Source: Aeromicrobium sp. (lineage in GTDB: Bacteria > Actinomycetota > Actinomycetes > Propionibacteriales > Nocardioidaceae). From it: a stretch of 64,000 nt of DNA. The stretch covers positions 38,492-102,491 of the forward strand of contig JBEBSZ010000004.1 in assembly GCA_040394025.1 (NCBI GenBank). Direction: 5' to 3'. Of this stretch, positions 8,410 to 17,317 are shown in pieces. Numbering within the stretch: position 1 is the first letter of the stretch; each line of letters opens with the position of its first letter. The translations under genes were made by a program, and so were the position numbers. The notes under the pieces were generated by a model. That model had not been told where the DNA came from and did no database searches. It saw only the letters and a program-made list of their open reading frames with translations.

Positions 8410-9030
8410 TCATAGCTTCAACTCATAAGTCATCAGTTCATGGCTTAATGCTCCGGGCGCGTATAAGAAAACAATGTCAGTGGAACCGAGCATACGCGAG
8501 GTGACGTTACGGATAGCCTCGACATCGATAGCACCTTCGCCAGCCTCTGTATGGACCGCCACAAGGAGTTCTTCGTAATTTGGTGCTGGACTAATCGACA
8601 CCACATGAGCATCTTCCGGAAAGGCATCGCGGGCCTTCGCGAGATTCTTCGAAAGGTCGCCAAAGCCAAACGGAACAACCTTAGAAACTATTTCTACGTC
8701 TTGGTACTGGGCTCTTAAATCGTCAAGAACTGAATTGGCATACGAGTCCGGATCGCTCTCAAACACCACGACCAACTCATCTTTACGAACGATGTAGGTG
8801 AGATAACCATCGAGTTCCCGGGCATCACGTAACTCCGAGAGGTTATCGGCCACATTCTGAGCTGCTCTTCCATCTTGTTCCGAAGGGAATTGTTCCAACG
8901 TACGAAGGTCATCGATAGTGATAATTCGATAATCATCTCCAGCGTTCTCATCCGAATAGGCCGTTTGGAATGACCCCGCGGACACAAGGCCAAGCGCTAA
9001 AACAAAAACTATGGCCAATGATGCACGCAT
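8410..9030 (-). CDS. Secreted hypothetical protein (signal peptide), no family recognised
   Basis: The N-terminus MRASLAIVFVLALGLVSAGSFQTAYS is signal-peptide-like. The rest is acidic and soluble-looking. It sits directly upstream of rhs on the same strand. Confidence 0.6.
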   Translation of the reverse strand: MRASLAIVFVLALGLVSAGSFQTAYSDENAGDDYRIITIDDLRTLEQFPSEQDGRAAQNVADNLSELRDARELDGYLTYIVRKDELVVVFESDPDSYANSVLDDLRAQYQDVEIVSKVVPFGFGDLSKNLAKARDAFPEDAHVVSISPAPNYEELLVAVHTEAGEGAIDVEAIRNVTSRMLGSTDIVFLYAPGALSHELMTYELKL

Positions 9031-9151
9031 ACGTTCACCTGATCCTCAACGAGAAATTTACTCAGTTTAACACTTTTCAAAGTTGTCAAACCGTCATTCA
9101 GGAAACAGCACCGCAGCCGCCCAGCCCCGGAAAGTCGGCGACCTACAAGCG

Positions 9152-9448
9152 TTACTCGCACCAAAAAGCTTTGGTTATATCCACTCGTCCATGAGCAACG
9201 GGCGTGCCTTCAGCAAGCCAATGCTCCTGCGCATCAATGATGAGGAAGTCCGGCAACGAACCATTCGCTCGAACCACCCGCCACCACGGAACCTCATGCC
9301 CATACGCAGACATCACCTGACCAACATTGCGTGCCGAGCCTCGACCCAACACATCGGCAATCGCACCGTATGTCGTGACGCGCCCAACAGGGATAGTTTC
9401 GGCGTAGGCCAGCACTGCTTCAGCAAAGGCGCTAACCATCGGCCTCAA
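9152..9448 (-). CDS. Alkyltransferase-like (ATL) protein, MGMT DNA-binding domain without the acceptor Cys
   Basis: 98 aa containing VTTYGAIADVLG..ARNVG..VPWWRVV. The canonical PCHRV motif is replaced by PWWRV. Confidence 0.75.
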   Translation of the reverse strand: MRPMVSAFAEAVLAYAETIPVGRVTTYGAIADVLGRGSARNVGQVMSAYGHEVPWWRVVRANGSLPDFLIIDAQEHWLAEGTPVAHGRVDITKAFWCE

Positions 9449-9466
9449 TCCCGTCGAACGGCGAAC

Positions 9467-10639
9467 TCAGTAACTTGGCTGGCTTGGATCAATCTGATTC
9501 ACCCAAGCGACAATTCCGCCGCCAACGTGAACCGCATCAGAATAACCGGCACCCTTCAGCACGGCAAGACACTCAGCAGAACGCGCGCCAGACTTACAAC
9601 TGAGCACAACCTGCGTATCTTGGCTGAGGTTTTCAAAAGCCTTACCTGAGAGCACTTCACCCTTAGGAATCAAAATCGAACCAGGAATCTGATTGATCTC
9701 GTACTCGTTCGGTTCCCGCACGTCAACAAGCACAAAGTCACGTTCGCCTGCGTCACGTTCCTTAAGCCACTGTTCCAAGGTCGAGACCGAAATAGTCGAG
9801 TCAGCGGCAGCTTCGAGAGCTTCCTCACTCACCAAACCGCAGAAAGCGTCATAGTCATCCATGAGCTTCGTTGGAAGTTCACCAGCCGGATCACGACGAA
9901 TATTGAGTGTCGAATAACGCATTTCGAGTGCGTCATAGACCATCAAACGACCAATCAGCGGTTCACCAATACCGGTGAGCAATTTGATCGCTTCGGTCAC
10001 CATGATCGAGCCAATGGACGAGCAGAGAACGCCTAGAACTCCACCCTCAGCACAGGATGGAACCATTCCCGGCGGTGGTGGCTCCGGGTAGAGGTCACGG
10101 TATTGCGGGCCTTCTTGCGCCCAAAACACCGACACTTGACCTTCGAAGCGATAAATCGAACCCCAAACGTACGGCTTACCGAGAATCACGGCAGCATCAT
10201 TTACGAGATAGCGCGTGGCGAAGTTATCGGTGCCATCAAGGATCAGATCGTACTGGCTGAAAATATCGAGAACGTTGTCGTTATCGAGGCGCTCGTTATG
10301 GGTGATGACCTTGACATGCGGGTTAATCTCAGCAACCGAAGCAGCCGCACTCTCCACTTTAGGTACACCAATATCGGATTGTCCGTGGATCACTTGGCGT
10401 TGCAGATTGGATTCATCCACCACATCGTCATCAATAATTCCAAGTGTGCCGACGCCGGCAGCAGCCAAGTACAGCAATGCGGGACTGCCAAGGCCACCCG
10501 CTCCGATAATCAAAACTTTGGCGTTCTTGAGTCGCTTTTGGCCCGTCATCCCAACGTCAGGAATGATGAGGTGTCGGCTATAGCGACGAACCTCGTCTAG
10601 GGTCAGTTCTTCTGCTGGCTCAACGAGTGGTGCAACCAC
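9467..10639 (-). CDS. moeZ: MoeZ/MoeB-type adenylyltransferase-sulfurtransferase with C-terminal rhodanese domain
   Basis: RYSRHLIIPDVGMTGQKRLKNAKVLIIGAGGLGSPALLYLAAAGVGTLGIIDDDVVDESNLQRQVIHG, plus a rhodanese-like end (VLSCKSGARS). GTG 10639 is preceded by GGAG and gives about 390 aa. The track ATG 10762 is probably an over-extension. Confidence 0.9.
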   Translation of the reverse strand: MVAPLVEPAEELTLDEVRRYSRHLIIPDVGMTGQKRLKNAKVLIIGAGGLGSPALLYLAAAGVGTLGIIDDDVVDESNLQRQVIHGQSDIGVPKVESAAASVAEINPHVKVITHNERLDNDNVLDIFSQYDLILDGTDNFATRYLVNDAAVILGKPYVWGSIYRFEGQVSVFWAQEGPQYRDLYPEPPPPGMVPSCAEGGVLGVLCSSIGSIMVTEAIKLLTGIGEPLIGRLMVYDALEMRYSTLNIRRDPAGELPTKLMDDYDAFCGLVSEEALEAAADSTISVSTLEQWLKERDAGERDFVLVDVREPNEYEINQIPGSILIPKGEVLSGKAFENLSQDTQVVLSCKSGARSAECLAVLKGAGYSDAVHVGGGIVAWVNQIDPSQPSY

Positions 10640-10842
10640 GAAAACTCCTCGATCTGGGTTGAAGCATGCAATGCGCTCCTCACTAGAGGCAACGCAGCCA
10701 CGTTCTCTATTGTTCCCCTCACCACAAATCGGTCGAACTTCCGTCCACTCCTTGGACAACAACTTTCGAGGTTGAAGTCGAATTCAGCGTAAATACCCCC
10801 ATCCTCCCCTATTTAGTTGATGCGAGGACTACCCTTTAGTCT

Positions 10843-11472
10843 GTGCCTCCCTCCCGAACTAAAACCGAGCGTCTTCCCCGCTCGCAACGTCGTGCCCAGT
10901 TAGTCGCAATCTCTCGGGATGTATTCGTCGAGCATGGTTATCACGCAGCATCCATGGATGAGATCGCGGAACGTGCTGGCGTGTCCAAGCCGGTTTTGTA
11001 CCAACACTTCCCCAGCAAACTTTCGCTTTATACCGCGCTGGTTGAGGAAGCATGCGATGAGGTCATCACCGCAATTCGTGCGGCCTTGACCTCAACTACC
11101 GACAACCACGCGAGAGTACTCGCCACAATCGGAGTTTGGTACGACTACGTCACCGAGGAAGGCCAAGCTTTCCGGCTTGTCTTTGAATCTGATCTCACCA
11201 ATGATCCAAACATTCGCGAGTTGCTTGATCGGGTGAACAACGAATCCGCGTCCGCAATCGCTGCGGTTATCGCTGAAGACACAAACATTTCAAACGATGC
11301 TGCGCTGTTGCTGGCGGCTAGCCTTGTAGGTGGCGGTCATGTCAGTGCCCGCACTTGGATTTCGAGTGATTCAAGCCTCAGCAAAGACGAGGCTGTTGCG
11401 CTGGCATCGACACTCTTGTGGCGCGGAATTGCCGGGTTCCCCAAATCTGTTCCAGCCGATACAGCAGACTGA
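10843..11472 (+). CDS. TetR/AcrR family transcriptional regulator
   Basis: The N-terminal HTH reads RAQLVAISRDVFVEHGYHAASMDEIAERAGVSKPVLYQHFPSK. Confidence 0.9.
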   Translation: MPPSRTKTERLPRSQRRAQLVAISRDVFVEHGYHAASMDEIAERAGVSKPVLYQHFPSKLSLYTALVEEACDEVITAIRAALTSTTDNHARVLATIGVWYDYVTEEGQAFRLVFESDLTNDPNIRELLDRVNNESASAIAAVIAEDTNISNDAALLLAASLVGGGHVSARTWISSDSSLSKDEAVALASTLLWRGIAGFPKSVPADTAD

Positions 11473-11477
11473 TACCT

Positions 11478-11699
11478 ATGGAAGTAAAGATCGGTATTCA
11501 GAACGTCGTCCGCGAGCTCTCAATTGAAGTTGAGGAATCCCAAGATGACGTTCTGGCTCAGTTCAACAAAGCCGTCGACGACGACAGCGTTTTGACTCTC
11601 AAGGACAGCAAGGGTCAAACTCTCGCAGTTCCGGCCGCCAAGATTGCCTATCTACAGATTGCGGCGGAGTCGGGCCGCAAGGTCGGTTTCGGTCTCTAA
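11478..11699 (+). CDS. DUF3107 family protein (TB9.4-like)
   Basis: MEVKIGIQNVVRELSIEVEES...LTLKDSKGQTLAVPAAKIAYLQI resembles the small actinobacterial protein conserved next to this TetR gene. I chose the internal ATG 11478 over the track start 11418, which overlaps the TetR gene. Confidence 0.75.
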   Translation: MEVKIGIQNVVRELSIEVEESQDDVLAQFNKAVDDDSVLTLKDSKGQTLAVPAAKIAYLQIAAESGRKVGFGL

Positions 11700-11707
11700 A
11701 TAGTGCA

Positions 11708-11740
11708 GCCGACCACATCTTGAGGTCGGCTTCCACTTTT
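11708..11740 (+). terminator. Putative intrinsic terminator after the DUF3107 gene
   Basis: Stem gccgacc (11708-11714) pairs with ggtcggc (11724-11730) across a 9-nt loop, followed by ttccactttt. Confidence 0.5.
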
Positions 11741-11762
11741 AACTTCCACTTATTACGCGTCT

Positions 11763-12470
11763 TTACGCAGCAAGCCCCAATGTAGCCATGCGTGCCGCAT
11801 GCGCTTCTGTGATGCGCGTAAACATCCGTCCAATGGCAGCCAAATCGAGACTGCCTGGATGGTCGACACCACCGACCACGACAGCGACAAGATTGTCACG
11901 TTCGGCGACCACCATCTGTGCTTGACTGAGTGCTTCACCCATGAGACGACGGCTCCACAGTGCTAACCGGCCAGCAACTTTAGGATCTAAGTCAATTGCC
12001 GCGCGCACCTGATCAACCACAAACTGGCTATTGCCCGTTTGGCTCATAGTTTCAAGAACGAGATCACGGGTGCTGGCATCAAGGTAGGCCGCGATCTCAG
12101 CATAGAAGTCCGCAGCGAGGCCGTCGCCAACATACGCCTTGAGGATTCCTTCAAGCCAGTCAGATGGTTCTGTCTTGGTGTGGAAGCGTTCAAAAGTGGA
12201 TTGGAACGGTTCCATAATGGCAAACGGATCTTCGCCCAACTCTTCAATCCGATCACGCAATTGGGTGAAATGGTCCCACTCTGCAGCAGCCATGGCGTAT
12301 AGCTGTGCTTTAGTGCGTAAGTCTGGGGCCAATTTAGCGTCAGCGGTCAAGCGCTCACATGCGCTTATCTCGCCAAAACTCAATAAGCCGAGAAGTTCGA
12401 TTACGCCTGCCCGATATTGAGGATCAGCAAATGCGCCTTCTTGGGCCGCAGAAGAATCGTCAGAGGTCAT
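11763..12470 (-). CDS. Ferritin-like/MiaE-like fold protein (Rv3207c-like)
   Basis: MTSDDSSAAQEGAFADPQYRAGVIELLGLLSFGEISACERL...; helical, ferritin-like. ATG 12470 was chosen because the track start 12692 would run across the divergent helicase 5' end. Confidence 0.7.
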   Translation of the reverse strand: MTSDDSSAAQEGAFADPQYRAGVIELLGLLSFGEISACERLTADAKLAPDLRTKAQLYAMAAAEWDHFTQLRDRIEELGEDPFAIMEPFQSTFERFHTKTEPSDWLEGILKAYVGDGLAADFYAEIAAYLDASTRDLVLETMSQTGNSQFVVDQVRAAIDLDPKVAGRLALWSRRLMGEALSQAQMVVAERDNLVAVVVGGVDHPGSLDLAAIGRMFTRITEAHAARMATLGLAA

Positions 12471-12564
12471 GATGGGAGCGTAGCGCGACGGCGTTATCGA
12501 GGCCACAAGCAACTGGCGATAGACTGCCATTATTACTTTCGTCTCAAGAAATCTGAGCAGTACC

Positions 12565-13998
12565 CTGACTACTTTTACTGAGCTGGGCGTTATCGAGCCC
12601 ATTACCGACGCATTAAGCTCTGTCGGCATCCAAGAAGCTTTCCCAATCCAAGAGATGACCCTCTCGGTTGCCTTGGCTGGCACTGACCTCATCGGTCAGG
12701 CCCGGACGGGCACAGGCAAGACCCTCGCCTTTTCAATTCCTGTCATTCAACGCATTGCGGCAAACCCTGATCTTGAGGTTCGCAAGAACGGCAAACCACA
12801 GGCTCTGATCGTTGCCCCAACTCGCGAACTCGCGATCCAAGTTGCAGGTGATGTGGAGACTGCGGCGAAGAATCTCGATGTCCGATCGCTCACCATTTAT
12901 GGCGGTGTTCCTTATGAACCGCAGCTCGAAGCACTCGAGTCCGGCGTCGACATTGTCATTGGCACACCGGGCCGAGTATTAGATCTGGTGAATCGTGGTG
13001 CGCTGGAATTGACCCACGTCCATGCGCTCGTCCTGGATGAGGCCGACGAAATGCTTGATCTGGGTTTCTTACCTGATGTGGAAGCAATCTTGGCTCGCAC
13101 GCCTGCTTCACGACAGACGATGTTGTTTTCGGCAACAATGCCATCTGCAATCGTGACATTGGCACGTCAGCACATGCATCAGGCAATGAATATTCGTGCC
13201 GAATCAACCGAGTCGAACCAGACTGTCCCAGCCACACAACAGTTTGTCTGGCAAGCACACGAATTGGATAAGCCAGAAATTGTCGCCCGCATTTTGCAGG
13301 CAAATGATGTCGGCCGGGTCGTCGTATTTACCCGCACGAAGCGTGCCGCGCAAAGGGTTGCCGACGATTTATCGGAGCGTGGTTTCAAGTCTTCGCCTTT
13401 GCATGGCGATATGGCTCAAAAGGCTCGCGAGAAAGCGCTCCAAGGTTTCCGTGACGGCAAAGTCAAGATTCTGGTAGCGACCGATGTCGCAGCCCGAGGC
13501 ATCGACGTTGCGGGCATCACGCATGTCATCAACTACACCTGTCCTGAAGACGACAAGACCTACGTTCACCGGATCGGACGCACCGGTCGAGCTGGTGCAA
13601 GCGGCGTAGCGGTCACTTTCGTGGACTGGGCCGATTTGCAGCGGTGGAAACTCATCAACAAGGCGCTCGATTTGCCGTTCGATGAGCCACAAGAAACCTA
13701 TTCAACCTCTGATCACTTGTTTGCTGATTTAGGTATCAGCAAAGACGTGACTGGCCGGATCGTATCGAAGAAGCCACAGGGTTCAGGCGACGGTGGACAA
13801 TCGAAATCCGAACAGAGGTCTGGTTCGCAGCAACGCCAACGGGGGCGGTCAGGCGGTCAGGCGTCAAAACAGAACGCTGGTCAGCAGAATCGTGGAGACA
13901 AGCAACAAAACCCATCTGGTGGTGACCAGCCTCGTCGCCAACGCCAACGTCGTCGTACCCGCAGTGGAAAACCTGTGTCAGCTCCGGAAACCGAGTAA
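12565..13998 (+). CDS. rhlE: DEAD-box ATP-dependent RNA helicase (RhlE-like) with basic RG/Q-rich tail
   Basis: Motifs AQARTGTGKT, PTRELA, VLDEADEMLD, SAT and HRIGRTGRAG are present. The Q motif (TFTELGVIEPITDALSSVGIQEAFPIQE) lies in frame upstream of the track ATG 12655. The 5' end is uncertain because there is no ATG, GTG or TTG between the TAG at 12520 and 12655. CTG 12565 is given as a provisional start. Confidence 0.9.
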   Translation: MTTFTELGVIEPITDALSSVGIQEAFPIQEMTLSVALAGTDLIGQARTGTGKTLAFSIPVIQRIAANPDLEVRKNGKPQALIVAPTRELAIQVAGDVETAAKNLDVRSLTIYGGVPYEPQLEALESGVDIVIGTPGRVLDLVNRGALELTHVHALVLDEADEMLDLGFLPDVEAILARTPASRQTMLFSATMPSAIVTLARQHMHQAMNIRAESTESNQTVPATQQFVWQAHELDKPEIVARILQANDVGRVVVFTRTKRAAQRVADDLSERGFKSSPLHGDMAQKAREKALQGFRDGKVKILVATDVAARGIDVAGITHVINYTCPEDDKTYVHRIGRTGRAGASGVAVTFVDWADLQRWKLINKALDLPFDEPQETYSTSDHLFADLGISKDVTGRIVSKKPQGSGDGGQSKSEQRSGSQQRQRGRSGGQASKQNAGQQNRGDKQQNPSGGDQPRRQRQRRRTRSGKPVSAPETE

Positions 13999-14021
13999 CC
14001 GAAGTCACGTCGGTCAAACGG

Positions 14022-14867
14022 CTATTTTTTGCCGTTTTTCTTCGGTTTTTTCGCTTGCTTGATCAGCGTTTGGGCGATTTCGCGATAGGCATCAGCACCT
14101 TTGTGGGTGCGGGCGGTGGAGAGAATTGTACGGCCGATGGCTGGAGCTTCAGCAAAGCGAATCGTCTTCGGAATTGGTGGATCCAGCACGGGCAATTCGT
14201 AGGTTTCTTCAATGGCAGCAAGCACATTGCGCGCATGAGAGGTGCGACCGTCATACATCGTGGCAAGCACGCCTCGAATTTCAAGATCTGGGTTAATGAA
14301 TTGGCGCACGTCGTGAATGGTGTCGAGAAGTTGACCCACTCCACGATGTGACAGCGTTTCAGCTTGCAGCGGGATGATGACTTCATCAGCGGCTGAAAGT
14401 GCGCCGACGGTCAAAACGCCGAGAGTCGGTGGACAGTCGATGAGGATCCAGTCGTACTCGTCGGCAACCTTGGCAAGCGACACTCGGAGTCGTTGTTCAC
14501 GGCCAGTCATGGAGACGAGTTGTTCTTCGGTGGCAGCAAGATTGATCGCTGCCGGCACAAGATTGAGCCCCTCGTCGGTCACGACAATCGCATCGGTGAC
14601 GGGTGTCTTACCTAGTAACACCTCGGAAATTGACATGTCGACGTCTTCCGGGTCGATGCCCAGTGAAAAGGTGAGGCTCCCCTGCGGATCAAGATCAACA
14701 AGCAAAACCTGTTGCCCGGCTTCAATGAGAGCTGCGCCTACAGAGGCCACACTGGTGGTCTTCGCAACACCACCTTTTTGATTGGCGAAAGCTATTGTGG
14801 TCGACACGGTCAATATTCTGCCAGTAACCGCGTCCCACTCCCCCACCATCCGGGACATAACTGGCAT
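14022..14867 (-). CDS. ParA/Soj-family ATPase (chromosomal orphan ParA-like)
   Basis: Deviant Walker A AFANQKGGVAKTTS, then LLVDLDPQGS. Lys-rich C-terminal tail. The start is uncertain (ATG 14867, 14858 or 14849). Confidence 0.85.
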   Translation of the reverse strand: MPVMSRMVGEWDAVTGRILTVSTTIAFANQKGGVAKTTSVASVGAALIEAGQQVLLVDLDPQGSLTFSLGIDPEDVDMSISEVLLGKTPVTDAIVVTDEGLNLVPAAINLAATEEQLVSMTGREQRLRVSLAKVADEYDWILIDCPPTLGVLTVGALSAADEVIIPLQAETLSHRGVGQLLDTIHDVRQFINPDLEIRGVLATMYDGRTSHARNVLAAIEETYELPVLDPPIPKTIRFAEAPAIGRTILSTARTHKGADAYREIAQTLIKQAKKPKKNGKK

Positions 14868-14876
14868 GATTTGTCC

Positions 14877-15635
14877 ATGACATCCACTGCGCTCGTCACG
14901 GGGCCTACGGCCGGAATTGGAAACTCTTTCGCTCGACACCTCGCCAAACGAGGGTCAAATCTCGTTTTAGTGTCTCGCGATACCGCACGTTTGGAAGCTC
15001 TTGCCTCAGAACTGGAACAGAAATATCGGATCACTGTCGAAGTCATCACAGCAGACTTGACCACAACAGAAGGCATGAATCGTGTTGCCGAACGCTTGAC
15101 GGAAAGTTCATCGCCTGTGGATCTGTTGGTAAACAATGCTGGCGCGTCACTGGCAGGTTGGTTTGGTTCCACGGATATCTCTGACGAAGACCGTCATCTA
15201 GATCTTTTAGTTCGCGCTCCAATGCATCTGATGGACGCAGCGATTAAGGCAATGACGGGCCGTGGCCACGGACAAATTATCAACGTTGCCAGCGTTGCTG
15301 CTTTCACACCACGTGGCACCTATTCGGCGCATAAAGCCTGGCTCGTCAACCTATCGCAATGGGCACATATCCAGTACTCGGATGCGGGCATCACCGTGCA
15401 GGCACTGTGTCCCGGTTTTACTCGCACCGAGTTCCATCAACGCATGCAAGCCGATATTTCCAATATTCCGCGCTGGATGTGGCTCAAATCTGACACTGTT
15501 GTGCGTGGCTCTTTACGCGATTTGAAACGTGGCAAGGCGATTTCGGTGCCATCAGTTCGTTACAAAATTTTGGCGTTCATGTCACGCTATGCACCGTCAC
15601 GTATCGTGGCAAAGGTAGCAAAGAAAGGCCGTTAA
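14877..15635 (+). CDS. Short-chain dehydrogenase/reductase (SDR)
   Basis: MTSTALVTGPTAGIG (TGxxxGIG), NNAG and YSAHK. ATG 14877 was chosen because the track start 14712 lies inside parA on the opposite strand. Confidence 0.9.
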   Translation: MTSTALVTGPTAGIGNSFARHLAKRGSNLVLVSRDTARLEALASELEQKYRITVEVITADLTTTEGMNRVAERLTESSSPVDLLVNNAGASLAGWFGSTDISDEDRHLDLLVRAPMHLMDAAIKAMTGRGHGQIINVASVAAFTPRGTYSAHKAWLVNLSQWAHIQYSDAGITVQALCPGFTRTEFHQRMQADISNIPRWMWLKSDTVVRGSLRDLKRGKAISVPSVRYKILAFMSRYAPSRIVAKVAKKGR

Positions 15636-16474
15636 TGAGCGTCCCTAAATCCCTCGAAATTCCCGAGGGAGTCAGTGTCACGCGTGTCGCCAGCCAGCGA
15701 GCATTGCATGCCGCGCATTTGGCGCGCGCACGTAACCGTCGTGGCTCGGTGTTGTTGATCCCAGGCTGGACGGGCAGCAAAGAAGACTTCACACCGCTGT
15801 TGCCATTGCTAGCTGCCGAGGGTTTTGACGTGTTGGCGTTCGACCAGCGCGGTCAGTTTGAGTCACCGGGTCACGCCGATGACGACTACAGCTTGGCTGG
15901 TTTCGCGGACGATGCACTGGCCGTCGCGAAAGCAGCTTTCCGTAGTGGACCGCTACACGTTCTTGGTCACTCTTTTGGTGGCTTGGTTGCGCAAGAAATG
16001 GCCGTACGGAATCCGAGCGAGTTTACGACTTTGTCGCTTCTGTGTACGGGACCGGGCGCGCTTGGTGACACCACGACTCGCCCTTTACAACGCATCGCGA
16101 ATGCGCTTGGCAGTTTGCCGCTGTCGAACATCCATGAGATGAGAGAAAGCGGCGTCACTCGGCCAACACAAATCGCAAGTTTCTTAGCGCATCGTTTTAC
16201 GTCAAACTCGGTGGATTCGCTCAAAGCAATGACCCAACATTTGCTTGATGCGCCAGACATTATTGATGATGTGGTGGCATCGCATCTGCCAGTGTGGGTG
16301 GGGCGCGGCGCAACCGATGATGCTTGGCCACATAACTCACAAGAAGACATGGCATCCCGGTTAGGGACTGCGGTTGTGGTGCTGCCATCAGCCGCGCATT
16401 CACCAGCAGTGGAAGCTCCCGAGGAACTCATTGAAGCGTGGTTGCCGTTCCTCGACAAACACACTGTCTTGTGA
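15635..16474 (+). CDS. Alpha/beta hydrolase
   Basis: Nucleophile elbow GHSFGG. TAATG overlap with the SDR stop. Confidence 0.85.
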   Translation: MSVPKSLEIPEGVSVTRVASQRALHAAHLARARNRRGSVLLIPGWTGSKEDFTPLLPLLAAEGFDVLAFDQRGQFESPGHADDDYSLAGFADDALAVAKAAFRSGPLHVLGHSFGGLVAQEMAVRNPSEFTTLSLLCTGPGALGDTTTRPLQRIANALGSLPLSNIHEMRESGVTRPTQIASFLAHRFTSNSVDSLKAMTQHLLDAPDIIDDVVASHLPVWVGRGATDDAWPHNSQEDMASRLGTAVVVLPSAAHSPAVEAPEELIEAWLPFLDKHTVL

Positions 16475-16499
16475 TGGTCGCGCTTGTAACGTTCAAGGG

Positions 16500-16796
16500 C
16501 TAATCCCCCACAATGTCGCGTAACGCTTGTACGTGACTGCGGTAGGCTTTGCGCCCATTGGACGTGAAACTAGCGCGTGCTCGCACCCGACTCTCGCGAG
16601 TGGTCTTAGTGACGCCGACATAACCCGCGTCTTCCAGAACTTTGATGTGCTTGCTCAACACGGATTCGCTGACATTGAGCCTTTCGCGCAAGATCGCGAA
16701 CTCCACTTCGTCAACGGTGTCGAGGACCGCACATATCTGGAGTCTTAGCGGGGCGTGAATGAGCGGGTCGAAAGCTGCCGTTTGAGCGCTTTTCAT
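16500..16796 (-). CDS. Winged-helix (MarR/HTH_34-like) transcriptional regulator
   Basis: DPLIHAPLRLQICAVL..VEFAILRERLNVSESVLSKHIKVLEDAGYV. ATG 16796 forms an ATGA overlap with the upstream membrane-protein stop. Confidence 0.8.
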   Translation of the reverse strand: MKSAQTAAFDPLIHAPLRLQICAVLDTVDEVEFAILRERLNVSESVLSKHIKVLEDAGYVGVTKTTRESRVRARASFTSNGRKAYRSHVQALRDIVGD

Positions 16797-17287
16797 CGCT
16801 GAACCTCTTGTCGACTGACCCACGTGCGGTCAAAGGCCGGACCAACGAGCGTCCATACCAAAGCAGTGACAGCACCGCCAATAGTCGCCCAGGGCTGACC
16901 GAGTTCCACCGCCACAAGCAACGCAACAATCGCGACTATCACCATGATCCACGCTCGCCAGGCCCATGGCTCCCATATCTTCGCCCAGCTGACTGTTCCG
17001 GTCACTTTTGAATACCACATCATTCCGCCAAAAATGATCGCCAAACCGATGAGGAAAACAAGGTACCTGATCGAGTGCTCCGATCCGACGGCTGCGACGA
17101 GCAGACCTTCACCAACTCCAACAACGGAGTAAAAGCCCTTCGGACTAGCGGCCGATCTCGCGGTTTCTTTACGTATTTCTGCGATAGATTCGAGCGCCGC
17201 GCGAGCTTCATCCACACTGGGCTGTGATTCAGGGGTTTCGTGACTTTCCATGTTGGCAAGTCTACGTTTCACTTTCCACTTTGGCAA
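16793..17287 (-). CDS. Small membrane protein co-transcribed with the wHTH regulator
   Basis: 3-4 hydrophobic helices (LLVAAVGSEHSIRYLVFLIGLAIIFGGMMW, AWIMVIVAIVALLVAV, ATIGGAVTALVWTLVG). The start may be ATG 17251. Confidence 0.6.
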   Translation of the reverse strand: MPKWKVKRRLANMESHETPESQPSVDEARAALESIAEIRKETARSAASPKGFYSVVGVGEGLLVAAVGSEHSIRYLVFLIGLAIIFGGMMWYSKVTGTVSWAKIWEPWAWRAWIMVIVAIVALLVAVELGQPWATIGGAVTALVWTLVGPAFDRTWVSRQEVQR

Positions 17288-17317
17288 GCCATAGCGGCAA
17301 GCCAGTCTGGAAAGTGA

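Noticed and set aside
12471-12692. 74-aa N-terminal extension of the ferritin-like ORF
   Set aside because: It would overlap the coding 5' end (Q motif) of the divergent DEAD-box helicase. ATG 12470 gives a sensible N-terminus.
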